DNA of 64,000 nucleotides from NCBI GenBank assembly GCA_030390025.1, contig CM059440.1, positions 23,002,001 through 23,066,000 on the forward strand. The letters are read 5' to 3'. Of the stretch, positions 24,098 to 35,338 are shown one piece after another. Below the pieces are notes generated by a model, which worked only from the letters and a program-made list of their open reading frames with translations, was not told the origin of the DNA and did not search any database. This DNA is from Squalus acanthias. Lineage: Eukaryota. The position numbers were made by a program, and so were the translations under genes. Every line of letters begins with the position of its first letter. The stretch's first letter is position 1.

Positions 24098-26759
24098 GCA
24101 GAGTCTAAACCAATAAGTATAAATTAGAATATTTAATTCATTTTTAAAATCATGTACAGAAAGCGAAATAAAGAGATAGAAAGAAAGATGGAATGAAGAG
24201 AAAGAGATAAAAGAGACAGAAAGAGAAAGTAAAAAATATATATTTTTAAATCTCCAACAATAATTAAATTCTGAAGGAATGAGACTCCACACTTGTAAAA
24301 TTCAATTTTCAGTGCCAGGGAAGTTGTTTGAGACTTATCACACCATTAAAAATTCACTTACACCTGAATGCACCACCCCTAACGTTTTCTGGCATGTTAG
24401 TGGGTAAGTACTGCAACTTCACGCACTTACATGGGTTTCAAAGCCGAGTCCATCAGTGGAGCGCAGGTTGTGGAGGATTTAATCAGAGAACAGAGAAAAT
24501 AAAGAGGAAAAAAAGGGATGGAGAAACAGAAACAGCAACATATTCACACTAGAAATTAGTTTACTGCACTCGACTGGTCGGAGGAGAATAAAAAGGACCC
24601 TTCTCTCCACTTGTGACGGTGCTAATGATTCTGGATGGCTTCTCATTACTTTAGTGTTTTTCATTTTGTGCTTGCCCACATTCTAGCCAATGTTCATTAA
24701 CACCATCCACTATGTCAGGCGGAAATGCCCCATGGGGAATTTGCAAAATGAAAGATCTTGAACAGCATAGTAATTGTACCCAGAACGAGCACATAGTGTT
24801 TTACGAGATCATCTGAGAGGTTTATAAAACCTCTGAACTTAGCAGTAATGGAAAAACTAGAGAAGTACAGTCACTAAATCGAATGTTGTGAGCGGTGCTG
24901 TACTCATCCATCACATGTGCTCAATTTGCATCTTCTATTTTCTTGGTGGCAACAACAAATAAGTTTGATTTATATTACATGATTATGTGGTTACTCATTA
25001 TTATCTCTGCTTTCTTGTCCATTGTTATCTCAGCACTACAATCAAAAATTACAGAAGACTGACAACCATAAATTCACATGCAGAAGCTTATTAGTTACGG
25101 AATATTCTTTGCATCATAATGAAGTAACCGTTATTCCTCTTTAAAGTTGATTATTGCTGTGCAGAATATAATTCACATTTATGCGCCAATTGTATTCCAA
25201 AGTCACAGGGAGACCAACAAAATAGCATCTGGCACGTCGGAATTCATCTTACGGAGGTGTCAACTCCTTTATTAGACTAAAAGTAAGGCTTCTTACAAAC
25301 CAAAGTGAGCACTCTCCATGTCTGAGCATTGATGTCACAGCTGCACCCGATCCTGTTCTCATCCAATGACCACACATGTACATTTTTCAGCAGGAATCTC
25401 TAGATAGTGATCAGGAATCATAAATCTGGCCGATTTTCCCCTCTCTAGCCCAGAGACCAATTGTCAGATCCCTACCGCTACACCAGCTGAGATCAACCAA
25501 CTCAACATAGTCCAGGAATCTGTACAGCTCAATATGACACCACACAACCTATTCACCCACTGATCCAGGAGGGAGAAACCCCAGAGAGAGAGCGTAAATG
25601 GCCGCTAACATCATTTCTCTGGGGCTGCTGCCAGTTACAGAAATTCAAGGTGAAGATTTGGGGACCTCTTACAGGAGTCCCCAGCACTGTTGCACTCAAG
25701 AGAATGTCTAAGGCAGCTCTAAAACTTGCAACAGCTACCTTTGAGTTTTCCAACCTCACCAGTTTGTATTAAACCTAATTATAATGTGTTATTAGTCAAA
25801 GCAGCAACTGACCCTGAGTGCAGCCTCACACTGCTCCAACGCCAGTGAATGTAAGGTATCAAAAGTGACCTGGATAGACTCATTCAGCATGGCTCCTGCT
25901 GATTTACTCAACGTTCATTGGAACAGGTTGAGTTTTAGCTGTGGCTTTAAGCAGCTTTTACAGGTAGAAATCTTATTCTGGGAGACTAAATAAACCCGAT
26001 AGTGTCCTGGATAGGCTCGTTCAGTGGAGTTTATGGAGAAGCTGGCTCAGGATGTTGTACCCTCTTTGTGTAATGAGAAAGGGCAAAAGAGGGGAGAAAA
26101 CGCAAATCTTAAAACAAGTAGGGGAAACCTATCAGGGAGTGGCTGTTTGTGGGACACAAAGCACCAAGTGCTGCTCCCACGTAAATCACAAGTTGAGCAA
26201 GTGCGGTGCCACATCCCGCGACAAACCCAAATAGATTTTACACTAATAGATTCAGAATTCCACTTGCTGCTCCATTCCCGCTGTCGCTGTGGCTGCCGCA
26301 ATATTCCCTTGGGTCTACCACTGGCCGGCTGGAGCACCTGCCTGAGTCAGGCGGTCGGAACTTTTAATAAGCAAATTAGGGTCCTATGATGTACATCGGA
26401 TCCTGTTTGCCATTTTAGGACAGTACTGGGTGGAGTGGGCTGGCAGTCCAGACGAAGATGAGTCGACAGGAAAGTTTGTGTTCATTTCTGTGGGGCCGGG
26501 GGGAGCAGAAGACCTGGGCCCCTGCTGCTTGAGGCCCCTCTTCATTCCAAGATTGTCCCCCTCCCACAGACCTCACCTTTTTCTGGCTCGGAGGCCCGGC
26601 GGGCTGTCCCATATTGCGGTGGTCCAGAGCCGGCAGGCTGCCCTAGAGCGCTCATTTTCCGCCCACAGTTGAATGCTAAAGAGGCCTGGCCCTCAAAATG
26701 GACCGGGCCTCCCGTCGGGACTATTGAGCAGTCGGCTGGCGTGAGGGGGAAAATCTATC

Positions 26760-27250
26760 TCATTGTGTCCAGTTTTGGATGCCTTGCTTTAAGAATGATG
26801 ACAAGGCCTTGCAGAGGGTATGGAAGAGATTCATGAAGATAATATCAGGGATGAGAGGCTTTAGTTATGGAGGAGGAAATGGGGCTCTTTCCATTAGAAC
26901 AAAGAAGGTTAAGAGGAGTGGTGTTCAAAATTATGAGGGGTTTTGATAAAGTAAATTGGGGGAAATTATTTCCACTGGTTAGTGAGTCAGTAACTAGTGG
27001 GCATAAATTTAAGGACATCGGCTAAAAGGAGAAAGAGAGAGGTTAGGAGATTTTCTTTTTAATGCAGAAAGTTGTGATAGAACGGAATCCATTATTATAG
27101 CTTTTAAAAAGGAAGTGGATAAAATATTGAAAAATAGACATTTTAAAAGGTATGAGGAAGGGACAGGAATGGAATGGACAGCTCTTTCAGAGAACTAGCA
27201 CAGGTATAATTGGTCAAATGGCCTCCTCCTGTGCTGTAAAATTCTGTAAT
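26760..27250 (+). mobile_element. Degraded CR1 LINE 3' fragment
   Basis: CVQFW.P.F..D..AL.RV..RF..IISGM remnants and CR1-type 3' UTR. Confidence 0.65.
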
Positions 27251-27975
27251 TCTGAATGTATAAGTATATTTTCTTATGACTTTAAGATGTTACTGATGCC
27301 CTTCCTCAAAGACTGGATGAAATATTTAGCACTGTGATTGCTATAGGCACTTACCTAATGCTTGGTGTGAACATCTCAGTGAGTTGTAGACTGAATAAAG
27401 CATTTGATCAGGAGACGACAGGCTATATAATAGGACACACAAGAGCCTAAACCACTAACTAACTAGGAAACTGGGTATTTGTTATGATACGTACTTGGGA
27501 GCAGCTGGCAAACTCTTCTCCTGTACTAATATTGTGACCGGGTTTGGGGGGGGTGGAATACGCTGGGAAATGGATTTCAAATGAATAACCTAAAAAGAAA
27601 TTGGATGTCAGTATTTGAATGGTTTCTAATTTGCTGCTTGAATGATTCCAAGCAACCTGGGTGCTTCGAGCAAGCTTTTTGAAGCTGGCTGCTGACAGAC
27701 TGACAGCAACAATTAACCAATTCTGACATCCTCCTTATCAGTAATTATAATAAAGAGCTCCATGCAGCCAGTCCACAGGAGAGATCAAATTAACACCCAA
27801 GCATCTTCTTTCATAAAGCGATGAATAATTGGGAAAATAAACAGCACATTATTAGAAATCTAGCTCTACACAACTGTCTTGTTCTCTATATTCCATTGGT
27901 AGAAATTCCAATTATAAAATACCTGTGATAATGTTCACTTCTGCGCTGAAGTATCAGCCTAGATTATGTGTTCAA

Positions 27976-28431
27976 GTAAAAAAAAAGAGACTTGCGTTTA
28001 TATAGCATCTTTTACGACCACCGGACGTCCCAAAACGCTTTACAGCCAATGAAGTACTTTTCGAAGTGTAGACACAGTTGTAATGTAGGAAACGCGGCAG
28101 CCAGTTTGCGCACAGCAAGCTCTCACAAACAGCAATGTGATAATGACCGGACAATCTGTTTTAGTGATGTTGATTGAGGGATAAATATTGACCGGGGATA
28201 ACTCCCCTGCTCTTCTTTGAAATAGTGCCCTGGGAATTTTTACATCCACCTGAGAGAGCAGACAGGACCTCAGTTTAACGTCCCATCCGAAAGACGGCAC
28301 CTCCGACAGTGCAGCACTCCCTCAGTACTGCACTGGAGTGTCAGCCTAGATTTTTGTTCTCAAGTCTCTGGAGTGGGACTTGAACCCACAACCTTCTGAC
28401 TCAGAAGCAAGGGTGCTACCCACCGAGCCAA
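27976..28431 (-). mobile_element. Near full-length tRNA-derived Deu-domain SINE (SacSINE1/AmnSINE1-like)
   Basis: Pol III A box TGGCTCGGTGG and B box GGTTCAAGTCC at the head; central GCACTGTCGGAGGTGCCGTCTTTCGGATG..; many partial copies in the window; family name from memory. Confidence 0.75.
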
Positions 28432-28974
28432 TTCTATATATAAAGGTACACATAATAAATATACCAAAAGCCAATTTTTCTCTCTTCCCACTCGCATTGG
28501 GCACCAGACAGATATAGTATACCCAAAGTGCATCATGCCTGTGAGGGCCTACAATTGCCTGAATTTCCTCTCCCAGGCTACTAGCATGGCCCAAGCATAC
28601 CCTGGTGCAGGCCCACTCCCTGGCAGGGCCATACGCTGGAAACCAGAGGTGGAAACAGGTGGGCAACTGCAGGCCTGAGATCCTTGCAGCCCTTCTCCTG
28701 GTTGCTGGCCTCAGGGTCTTCTGGTTGCAGCTCTGCCAAAGATTCTGCTGAAAGGAAGAAGAACATTCCTTCTGTTCCTGTCCTCTTTGGGTGGCAACCC
28801 ACCCCCACCAGACCCTACTGTAGGCAAGCCCCCAAAATTCCAGAGTAGCCCATGGGGCGGAGATCTGACACAATGGGTCTCCACTCCATTTTTCTCTCCA
28901 AAACGCTGGCTGTTTGAACTTGATAATTGGTGGTTTCACTCCTTCTTGCTACTTGGTGATTGGTACATTAACTA

Positions 28975-29341
28975 CATAAGAAACATAAGAAGCATAAGAA
29001 ACATAAGAAATAGGAGCAGGAGTAGGCCATACAGCCCCTCGAACCTGCTCTGCCATTCAATAAGATCATGGCTGATCTCCTACCTCAACTCCACTTTCCC
29101 AGCTGATCCCCATATCCCTTGATTCCTTTAGTGTCCAAAAATCTATCGATGTCAATCTTGAATATACTCAACGACTGAGCATCCACAGCCCTCTGGGGCA
29201 GAGAATTCCAAAGATTCACAACCCACTGAGTGAAGAAATTTCTCCTCATCTCAGTCCTAAATGGCCGACCCCTTATCCTGAGATTATGCCCCTAGTTCTA
29301 GACTCCCCAGCCAGGGGAAACAGCCTCTCAGCATCTACCCT
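28975..29341 (-). mobile_element. CR1 LINE 3' end with (TTCTTATG)n tail
   Basis: Reverse-complement similarity to 34903-35247. Confidence 0.85.
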
Positions 29342-30229
29342 ACATGTTCAGTTGTTCATTTGTTGCTGCTTTATGACATGAAATTTGAAAGAAACTTGCA
29401 CAAGAAATTATTATTAGTAAAAAAACAGTACTTGCAAAATTAATGGGGCTAAAAGTTGACAAATCCCAAGGACCGGATGACCTACATCCTAGGGTTTTGA
29501 AAGAAGTGGCCATTGGAATAGTGGACGCATTGGTTCTCATCTTCCAAAATTCTATAGATTCTGGAACGGTTCCTGCAGATTGGAGGATAGCAAATGTAAC
29601 CCCGCTATTTAAGAAAGGAGGGAGAGAGAAAACGGGGAACTACAGACCTGTTAGCCTCACATCAGTAGTTGGGAAAATGCTGGAATCTATTATAAAGGAT
29701 GCAATAACTGGACACTTAGGGGTAAAAATTCACTTGGTTGCGCCTCCTGTTAGCGCCTTAAGAGGGCGCTAATGGGGCGTTAAGCCGCTAACGCCCGGGC
29801 GCAGCGATGTTTGCGCCGCTCGAGAACTTAACTTGAGATTGTGCGGCGGCGCTAAAACTTACCGCTGCGACCACCTGCGCGCGCAGATTGTGACGTCATT
29901 CCATGGTGCAACGCCCTTGGGGCGCCCCGGAGCGGAAATTGAGTGGCGCCCCCTGCCTTACCGCCTGGCGCTTCCAACGACCGGAAGACTGGAACGCTAT
30001 CAATCGGTGTGGGGCTGGGGGGGGCGCTATTTAAAGGGGGCCTCTTCCTGTCTTTTTCTGTGGTCGACATTTATGCACCACTCGTTCTGAGAGAGAGGGA
30101 GAGATTCGGAGAGAGAGAGAGAGAGACTTCTACATTGACTCAACGCTTTGTGAGGTAGTTTTGCCTATTCATCCTAACTTTGTTGCTACTTTAGTTGCTG
30201 TACCTCATTACTTTTCTGGCAAAGAGAAT

Positions 30230-31390
30230 ATGGGGGCTGCAATGATTGGGGGCGTCGTCCTGCTCCAGCTGAATCGGAGGATACCGAGATGCAGACAGAG
30301 AGTGGCAATGATGGCCAGACGGAGGAGGGCCATCAGGCGCATGTACAGGAGAGCTTACCCTCCCAGGGTATATCGTGAACAGCTCTCCTACATCCATATG
30401 TCCGAGGAGCTGTGTTTGCGAAGGCTGCGATTCAGCAAGGAGGTGGTCACTGAGCTCTGCCACCTGCTGCAGCCAGATCTGCAGCCTCAGTTGAGGTCCA
30501 GGACGTCTCTGTCGGTGGCAGTGAAGGTCACAGTGGCTTTGAACTTCTACGCCACTGGCTCATTCCAAGCTGCTGTTGGGGACCTCGCCAATATCTCCCA
30601 GTTTGCGGTGCATCGCTGCATCCGGCAGGTCACCAATGCCCTCTTCAGAAGGAGACGAGACTTCATCTCTTTCCCTATGACCCCAGACAAGCAGCGTGAC
30701 CGTGCTTTGGGCTTTGCGAGGGTAGCGGGCTTCCCCATGGTGCAGGGCGCCATTGACTGCACGCATGTGGCTTTGCGTGCTCCGCGAGAGAATGCAGAGG
30801 AATTCAGGAACAGAAAGGGGTTCCATTCCTTGAATGTGCAGTTGGTCTGTGACCACAGACAGGTGATACTCGCTGTCAATGCCCACTATCCGGGCAGCTG
30901 CCACGATGCTTTCATCCTGCGCCAGACTACTGTGGCAGAAGTTTTCGAGGCACCGCATCAGCCAGTTGGTTGGCTTCTGGGGGACAAGGGGTACGCATTG
31001 AGCACCTGGCTGATGACACCGCTCCGTACGCCAAACACCCCTGCTGAGCTGCGGTACAATGAAAGCCATCAAGCAACCAGGAACATTATTGAGCGCACAA
31101 TCGGCGTGCTGAAACAACGGTTCCGCTGTCTGGACCATTCCGGAGGAGCCCTGCAGTACTCGCCTGAGCAAGTTTTGAACTTCGTAGTCGTGTGCTGCAT
31201 GTTGCACAACATGGCAATCCTCAGGACCCAGCCAATGCCACCAGGCCTTGTAGCACCACCAGAGGAGGAGGAGGAAGAGGAGGAAGAGGACGAGGACGAT
31301 GATCATCAGCAGCACCAAGGCAGGAGGGCGGCCCACAATGGTCAAACTGCAAGGGCCGTCCGTCAACGACTAATAGCAAGCCGCTTCTAG
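30230..31390 (+). CDS. Harbinger DDE transposase (HARBI1-like), 386 aa
   Basis: First in-frame ATG at 30230; HTH region (ALNFYATGSFQ..GDL.NISQ..VHRCI), catalytic GAIDCTH, LLGDKGY, NIIERTIGVLKQRFRCL, CMLHN; acidic tail; uninterrupted. Confidence 0.93.
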   Translation: MGAAMIGGVVLLQLNRRIPRCRQRVAMMARRRRAIRRMYRRAYPPRVYREQLSYIHMSEELCLRRLRFSKEVVTELCHLLQPDLQPQLRSRTSLSVAVKVTVALNFYATGSFQAAVGDLANISQFAVHRCIRQVTNALFRRRRDFISFPMTPDKQRDRALGFARVAGFPMVQGAIDCTHVALRAPRENAEEFRNRKGFHSLNVQLVCDHRQVILAVNAHYPGSCHDAFILRQTTVAEVFEAPHQPVGWLLGDKGYALSTWLMTPLRTPNTPAELRYNESHQATRNIIERTIGVLKQRFRCLDHSGGALQYSPEQVLNFVVVCCMLHNMAILRTQPMPPGLVAPPEEEEEEEEEDEDDDHQQHQGRRAAHNGQTARAVRQRLIASRF

Positions 31391-31684
31391 GGCCCCTGCC
31401 AGTGCTACAAGCACTAATCAACCCAGCACGCAACCCCTAAGCCGGCCAAGGCACCAATAATTCCAACCACCAGCCATGTATATTTTGAATACAGAAACTT
31501 ATTTATTTTACAAACTCTGTGTGTGTCAATTCCTCATGACAAACTCATAGAAATAAACACAAAAAAACAGTCAATAACATAACTGGTTCTCACAACCTGG
31601 AGATAATGTCCAAAACACTAAACAAAAGTTGGACCATGAACCTCGGCCTTTAATAAAAAAATGACCAGCATTTTGTCACACCTC

Positions 31685-32665
31685 CTACTTTTTGCCCTTC
31701 GAGGGTGATCTCCTTCCCTTGCGCACTTCCCCCCTTCTAACCCTACTGCTCCTCCGTAATGGGACCTCAGTGGCTGCAGCAAGGCTGGTGGAAGGCTGCT
31801 GCTCGTCAGACCCTGACACTGCAGATGCCCCTGAAGGACGGCCTCGACCACTTCTGGGCCTGGAGGGCCCGGCTGCAGACTGCACCAACTCTGCATGGGC
31901 GGCAGCAGTCTGTCCTACAGGCGGTGGCAAGTGCAGTGGAGAAGTGACAGTGTTGGCAGCAGGAATGCTGTCATCGTGAGAGAGGCCAGCAACTCCCTGC
32001 TCGCCCGACACACTGGCACTCCCACGGGGCAGCACTTCAGCATCCGGAGCAATCTGCCGGAGAACAGATTGCTGGCCTGCTGCGGCGCGGTGACAGCCCC
32101 GGGGACGTGTGCACGAACCATCGAGGTTGGCAGCAGTCTGTGCTCGCGTGGCCTCCATCTGAGTCTGTATGAGAGCAGTCAGAGGTGGGATCACGGCAGC
32201 CAGTGACTGAATTGCAGCACTAAGCGTTAGTGTGGCATCCGCCTGTGCTACAGCGAAGTGCTCCACACTCCTTGCCAGTGACTCAATGCATTCGGGCACC
32301 CTTCCCACTGCACCCATGAGCTCAGTGTGCATGCCCACCGCCTGGGTGTTCATTTCTGCAATCAGCCGCTCCTCCTCTGCGTCCATTGCAGTAGGAGTGT
32401 CTGGCATACTCTCCCTCTGGGGAGAAGGTCCCCGTTCTTCCCTACCCCCCCCCATGGCGTTGCTGCAGCCCGCTGGGTCCTGGAGCTTCACCATCATCAG
32501 CCCCTTCCCCTCTGCTCCCCTCCGGGGAAGGCGTGTTCCCAGTGTGGGCATGGGCTTCCTCGGGAGAGGGTGGCACTGATGCTCTGGCTTCCTCTTCCTC
32601 CTCGGCTGCAGCATCACTCCCAGTGGCAGCTTCAGGGCCCGTCTCCTCAGCTGGTGAATCACCAT
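31685..32665 (-). CDS. Harbinger ORF2 exon 3, with an apparent 1-nt frameshift in a G9 run
   Basis: CCCTGCTTTCAG acceptor; the phase-1 frame reads DGDSPAEE..GEAPGPSGLQQRHGGG then TAG at 32444-32442; one fewer G joins it to the long frame ending ..PLRRSSRVRRGEVRKGRRSPSKGKK*. Confidence 0.7.
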   Translation of the reverse strand: MVIHQLRRRALKLPLGVMLQPRRKRKPEHQCHPLPRKPMPTLGTRLPRRGAEGKGLMMVKLQDPAGCSNAMGGGREERGPSPQRESMPDTPTAMDAEEERLIAEMNTQAVGMHTELMGAVGRVPECIESLARSVEHFAVAQADATLTLSAAIQSLAAVIPPLTALIQTQMEATRAQTAANLDGSCTRPRGCHRAAAGQQSVLRQIAPDAEVLPRGSASVSGEQGVAGLSHDDSIPAANTVTSPLHLPPPVGQTAAAHAELVQSAAGPSRPRSGRGRPSGASAVSGSDEQQPSTSLAAATEVPLRRSSRVRRGEVRKGRRSPSKGKK

Positions 32666-32824
32666 CTGAAAGCAGGGAGGTACAAGAGTGGCTTTAGCGT
32701 GAGGACAGGGTGGCAGTAAGGGAGGAATAAGTGCAGCGAGTTAGCAAGTTGGATTGAAAGTGTCAAAGGCTGGTGTTGTGAGGGACAAGTGGAAGGACAG
32801 AGGACAAAAAGGTGATGACCTTAC

Positions 32825-32987
32825 CATTGCTGTCCACAACGGGGTCGGCGTCTCCAGTGGCGACGGGACCGATCACCCGGCTTGCCACAATCCTGTGGAC
32901 GCGCTCCTCCAGATCGCTGAGGGGTTGCAGCTGAAGCCGCCCTCCACCTGTCCGTTGCTGCTGTCTCCTATTATGAGCCAGCTTAGC
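32825..32987 (-). CDS. Harbinger ORF2 exon 2
   Basis: TTTTTCTTGCAG acceptor; AKLAHNRRQQQRTGGG..LSDLEERV (RTGGG follows the Myb/SANT domain in this family); GTAAGG donor at 32824, phase 1. Confidence 0.8.
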
Positions 32988-33022
32988 CTGCAAGAAAAAG
33001 GACAGCATCTGAGTAAATATAC

Positions 33023-33177
33023 AGCCATGGTCTTGCCTGATGTGCCTCCCATAGGTGAATAGCCCTTACAATATGCAGCCATGGTCTTGCCTGATGTGCC
33101 TCCCATAGGTGAATAGCCCTTACAATATGCAGCCATGGTCTTGCCTGATGTGCCTCCCATAGGTGAATAGCCCTTAC
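33023..33177. repeat. 54-bp tandem triplication in ORF2 intron 1
   Basis: AGCCATGGTCTTGCCTGATGTGCCTCCCATAGGTGAATAGCCCTTACAATATGC starting at 33023, 33077 and 33131. Confidence 0.95.
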
Positions 33178-33325
33178 TGTATGCAAAGTGTGGAATGTGT
33201 GTGTGTGTTTGATGAAAGGGCCATAGGTGTTGGATGAGTGTTGTGCATTGGGGTTTTAAGACCCTCTGGCCATAGAGTGAGGTTGAGATGGAGGGATGGA
33301 GAGGTATTGAGAAAAAGCCACTCAC

Positions 33326-33562
33326 CCTGACGACCCGAGTGAGGTCGTTGAACTTTTTGCGGCATTGAGTATGGGTCCTGGGCACCATGCTCCTGGAGGA
33401 GACGCTCTGAGCCACCTCCCTCCACACTCTTCTGAACTCGCGTGGCAAAGGCCTCCTGCCACTCTCAGGGAACAGCATACATCGTCTGCGCTCCACTGCG
33501 TCAACCAGAGCATCCAAGGCCCGCTCGGTGAAGCGATGAGCGCGTTCTCTCACCCTCTCCAT
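33326..33562 (-). CDS. Harbinger ORF2 Myb/SANT DNA-binding protein, exon 1
   Basis: ATG at 33562; RFTERALDALV..RRCMLF..WREVA..RTHTQCRKKFNDL; GTGAGT donor at 33325, phase 0. Confidence 0.85.
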
Positions 33563-35338
33563 GCTTGGCAGCAAAATGGATTCACAGGTCTCTCCAGGCT
33601 GAGATTCAAGGCTGCAATGAGCAGGGTGTGGCTGGGGAGCAAGTGGCCCCCCCCCCGCTTTAAGAAGCGTCCGGCGCCAGTGTGTCTGTGTTCCCTCGCT
33701 AACTGGCAGCAGCTGCGCTGCGCTCGCGCGCTGAGTTAGCGCCTCACTCCTTGGCCTTTGCGCCTTAAGACAGGTGTGCAGCGCCTGCTTTAGCGCTCCA
33801 CTCACCTCCCGGGGCGGTAAAAGTGAAGTTTCCTGTCAGTGCCGATAATTAGCGCCAGGCGCTAATATTTGCGTCCGGACGATATTTGCGCCCCAAATGG
33901 GGTGCGACCTAATTTCTACCCCTTAGAAACTAATAGTAAGATTGGGCAGAGTCAACATGGATTTATGAAAGGGAAATTCTGTTTGACAAACCTATTGGAG
34001 TTCTTTGAGGATGTAACTAGTTGAGTAGACAAAGGGGAACCGGTAGATGTGGTGTATCTGGATTTTCAGAAGGCCTTCGATAAGGTCCCACACAAGAGGT
34101 TGGTGAACAAAATTAGGGCATATGGAATTGGGGGTAATATACTAGCATGGATTGAGAATTGGTTAACAGACAGAAAACAAAGAGTAGGGATAAACGGGTC
34201 TTTTTCAGGATGGCAGGCTGTGACTAGTGGGGTACCGCAAGGATCGGTGCTTGGGCCCCAGCTATTCACAATCTATATCAATGATTTGGATGAGGGACTA
34301 AATGTAACATTTCCAAATTTGCTGATGATACAAAGCTAGGTGGCAGTGTCAGTTGCGAAGAAGATGTGAAGAGGCTTCAAGGGGATCTCGACAGGCTCAG
34401 TGAGTGGGCGAGTACATGGCAGATGGAATATAATGTGGATAAATGTGAAGTTATCCACTTTGGTAGAAAAAACAGAAAGGCAGAGTATTTCCTAAATGGT
34501 GAAAGATTGGGGCATGCAGATGCTCAAAGGGACCTGGGTGTCCTTGTACATGAGTCACTGAAAGTGAATGTGCAGCTGCAGCAAGCCATTAGGAAGGCAA
34601 ATGGTATGCTGGCCTTCATTACAAGAGGATTTGAGTACAGGAGTAAAGAAGTTTTACTCCAATTATATAGGGCCTTGGTGAGACCACACCTGGAGTACTG
34701 TATACAATTTTGGTCTCCTTGCCTAAGGAACGATATACTTGCCATAGAGGGAATGCAACGAAGGTTCACGAGATTGATTCCTGGGATGGCGGGACTGTCG
34801 TATGAGAAGAGATTGAGTAAACTAGGCCTGTATTCCCTTGAATTCAGAAGAATGAGAGGGGATCTCATTGAAGCATACAAAATTATTACAGGGCTTGATA
34901 GGATGGATGCTGGGAGAATGTTTCCCTTAGCTGGGGAGTCTAGAACCAGGGGCCACAGCCTCAAGATAAAGGGTAGGCCATTCAGGACTGAGATGAGAAG
35001 AAATTTCTTCACACAGAGGGTGGTGAATCTTTGGAATTCTCTACCCCAGAGGGCTGTGGAGGCTCAGTCATTGGGTATATTCAAAACAGAAGTCGATAGA
35101 TTTCTGACTAGTAAGGGCATCAAGGGATATGACGATAGGGCCGGTGAATGGAGTTGAGGCAGAAGATCAGCCATGATCTCATTGAATGGCGGAGCAGGCT
35201 CGAAGGGCCGAATGGCCTACTCCTGCTCCTATTTCTTATGTTCTTATAAATGTGATACTGGGAGTGTGACAGCTTAAATGTGACAGTTGGACAAAACACA
35301 TGTTAAATGCGTCCTTTTTATATATAATAATAGATATA

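Larger units (their letters stand above)
29719..33922 (+). mobile_element. Full-length PIF/Harbinger DNA transposon (4204 bp)
   Basis: 12-bp TIRs (11/12 match) GGGGTAAAAATT / AATTTCTACCCC; TTA TSD at 29716-29718 and 33923-33925; transposase plus convergent Myb/SANT gene. Confidence 0.96.
29425..35247 (+). mobile_element. 5'-truncated CR1 LINE (ORF2 RT) split by the Harbinger insertion
   Basis: Removing 29719-33925 restores ..ITGHLETNSKIGQSQHGF..; [42 protein letters not shown] motifs; internal stop near 34022 and a frameshift near 34300; (TTCTTATG)n tail. Confidence 0.92.

Noticed and set aside
28355-28431. tRNA gene
   Set aside because: A and B boxes belong to a SINE head continuous with the SINE body; no full cloverleaf or terminator
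30560-31366. 268-aa antisense ORF to the transposase
   Set aside because: Shadow frame of GC-rich coding sequence with no recognisable motif
30161-31390. Domesticated host gene HARBI1
   Set aside because: It lies within TIRs and a TSD, interrupts a LINE and is paired with ORF2, so it is a transposon gene; the track's start at 30161 is TTG
32873-33805. 310-aa ORF as a single protein
   Set aside because: It reads through the subterminal region and intron 1 (54-bp repeats); only 33326-33562 is supported as an exon
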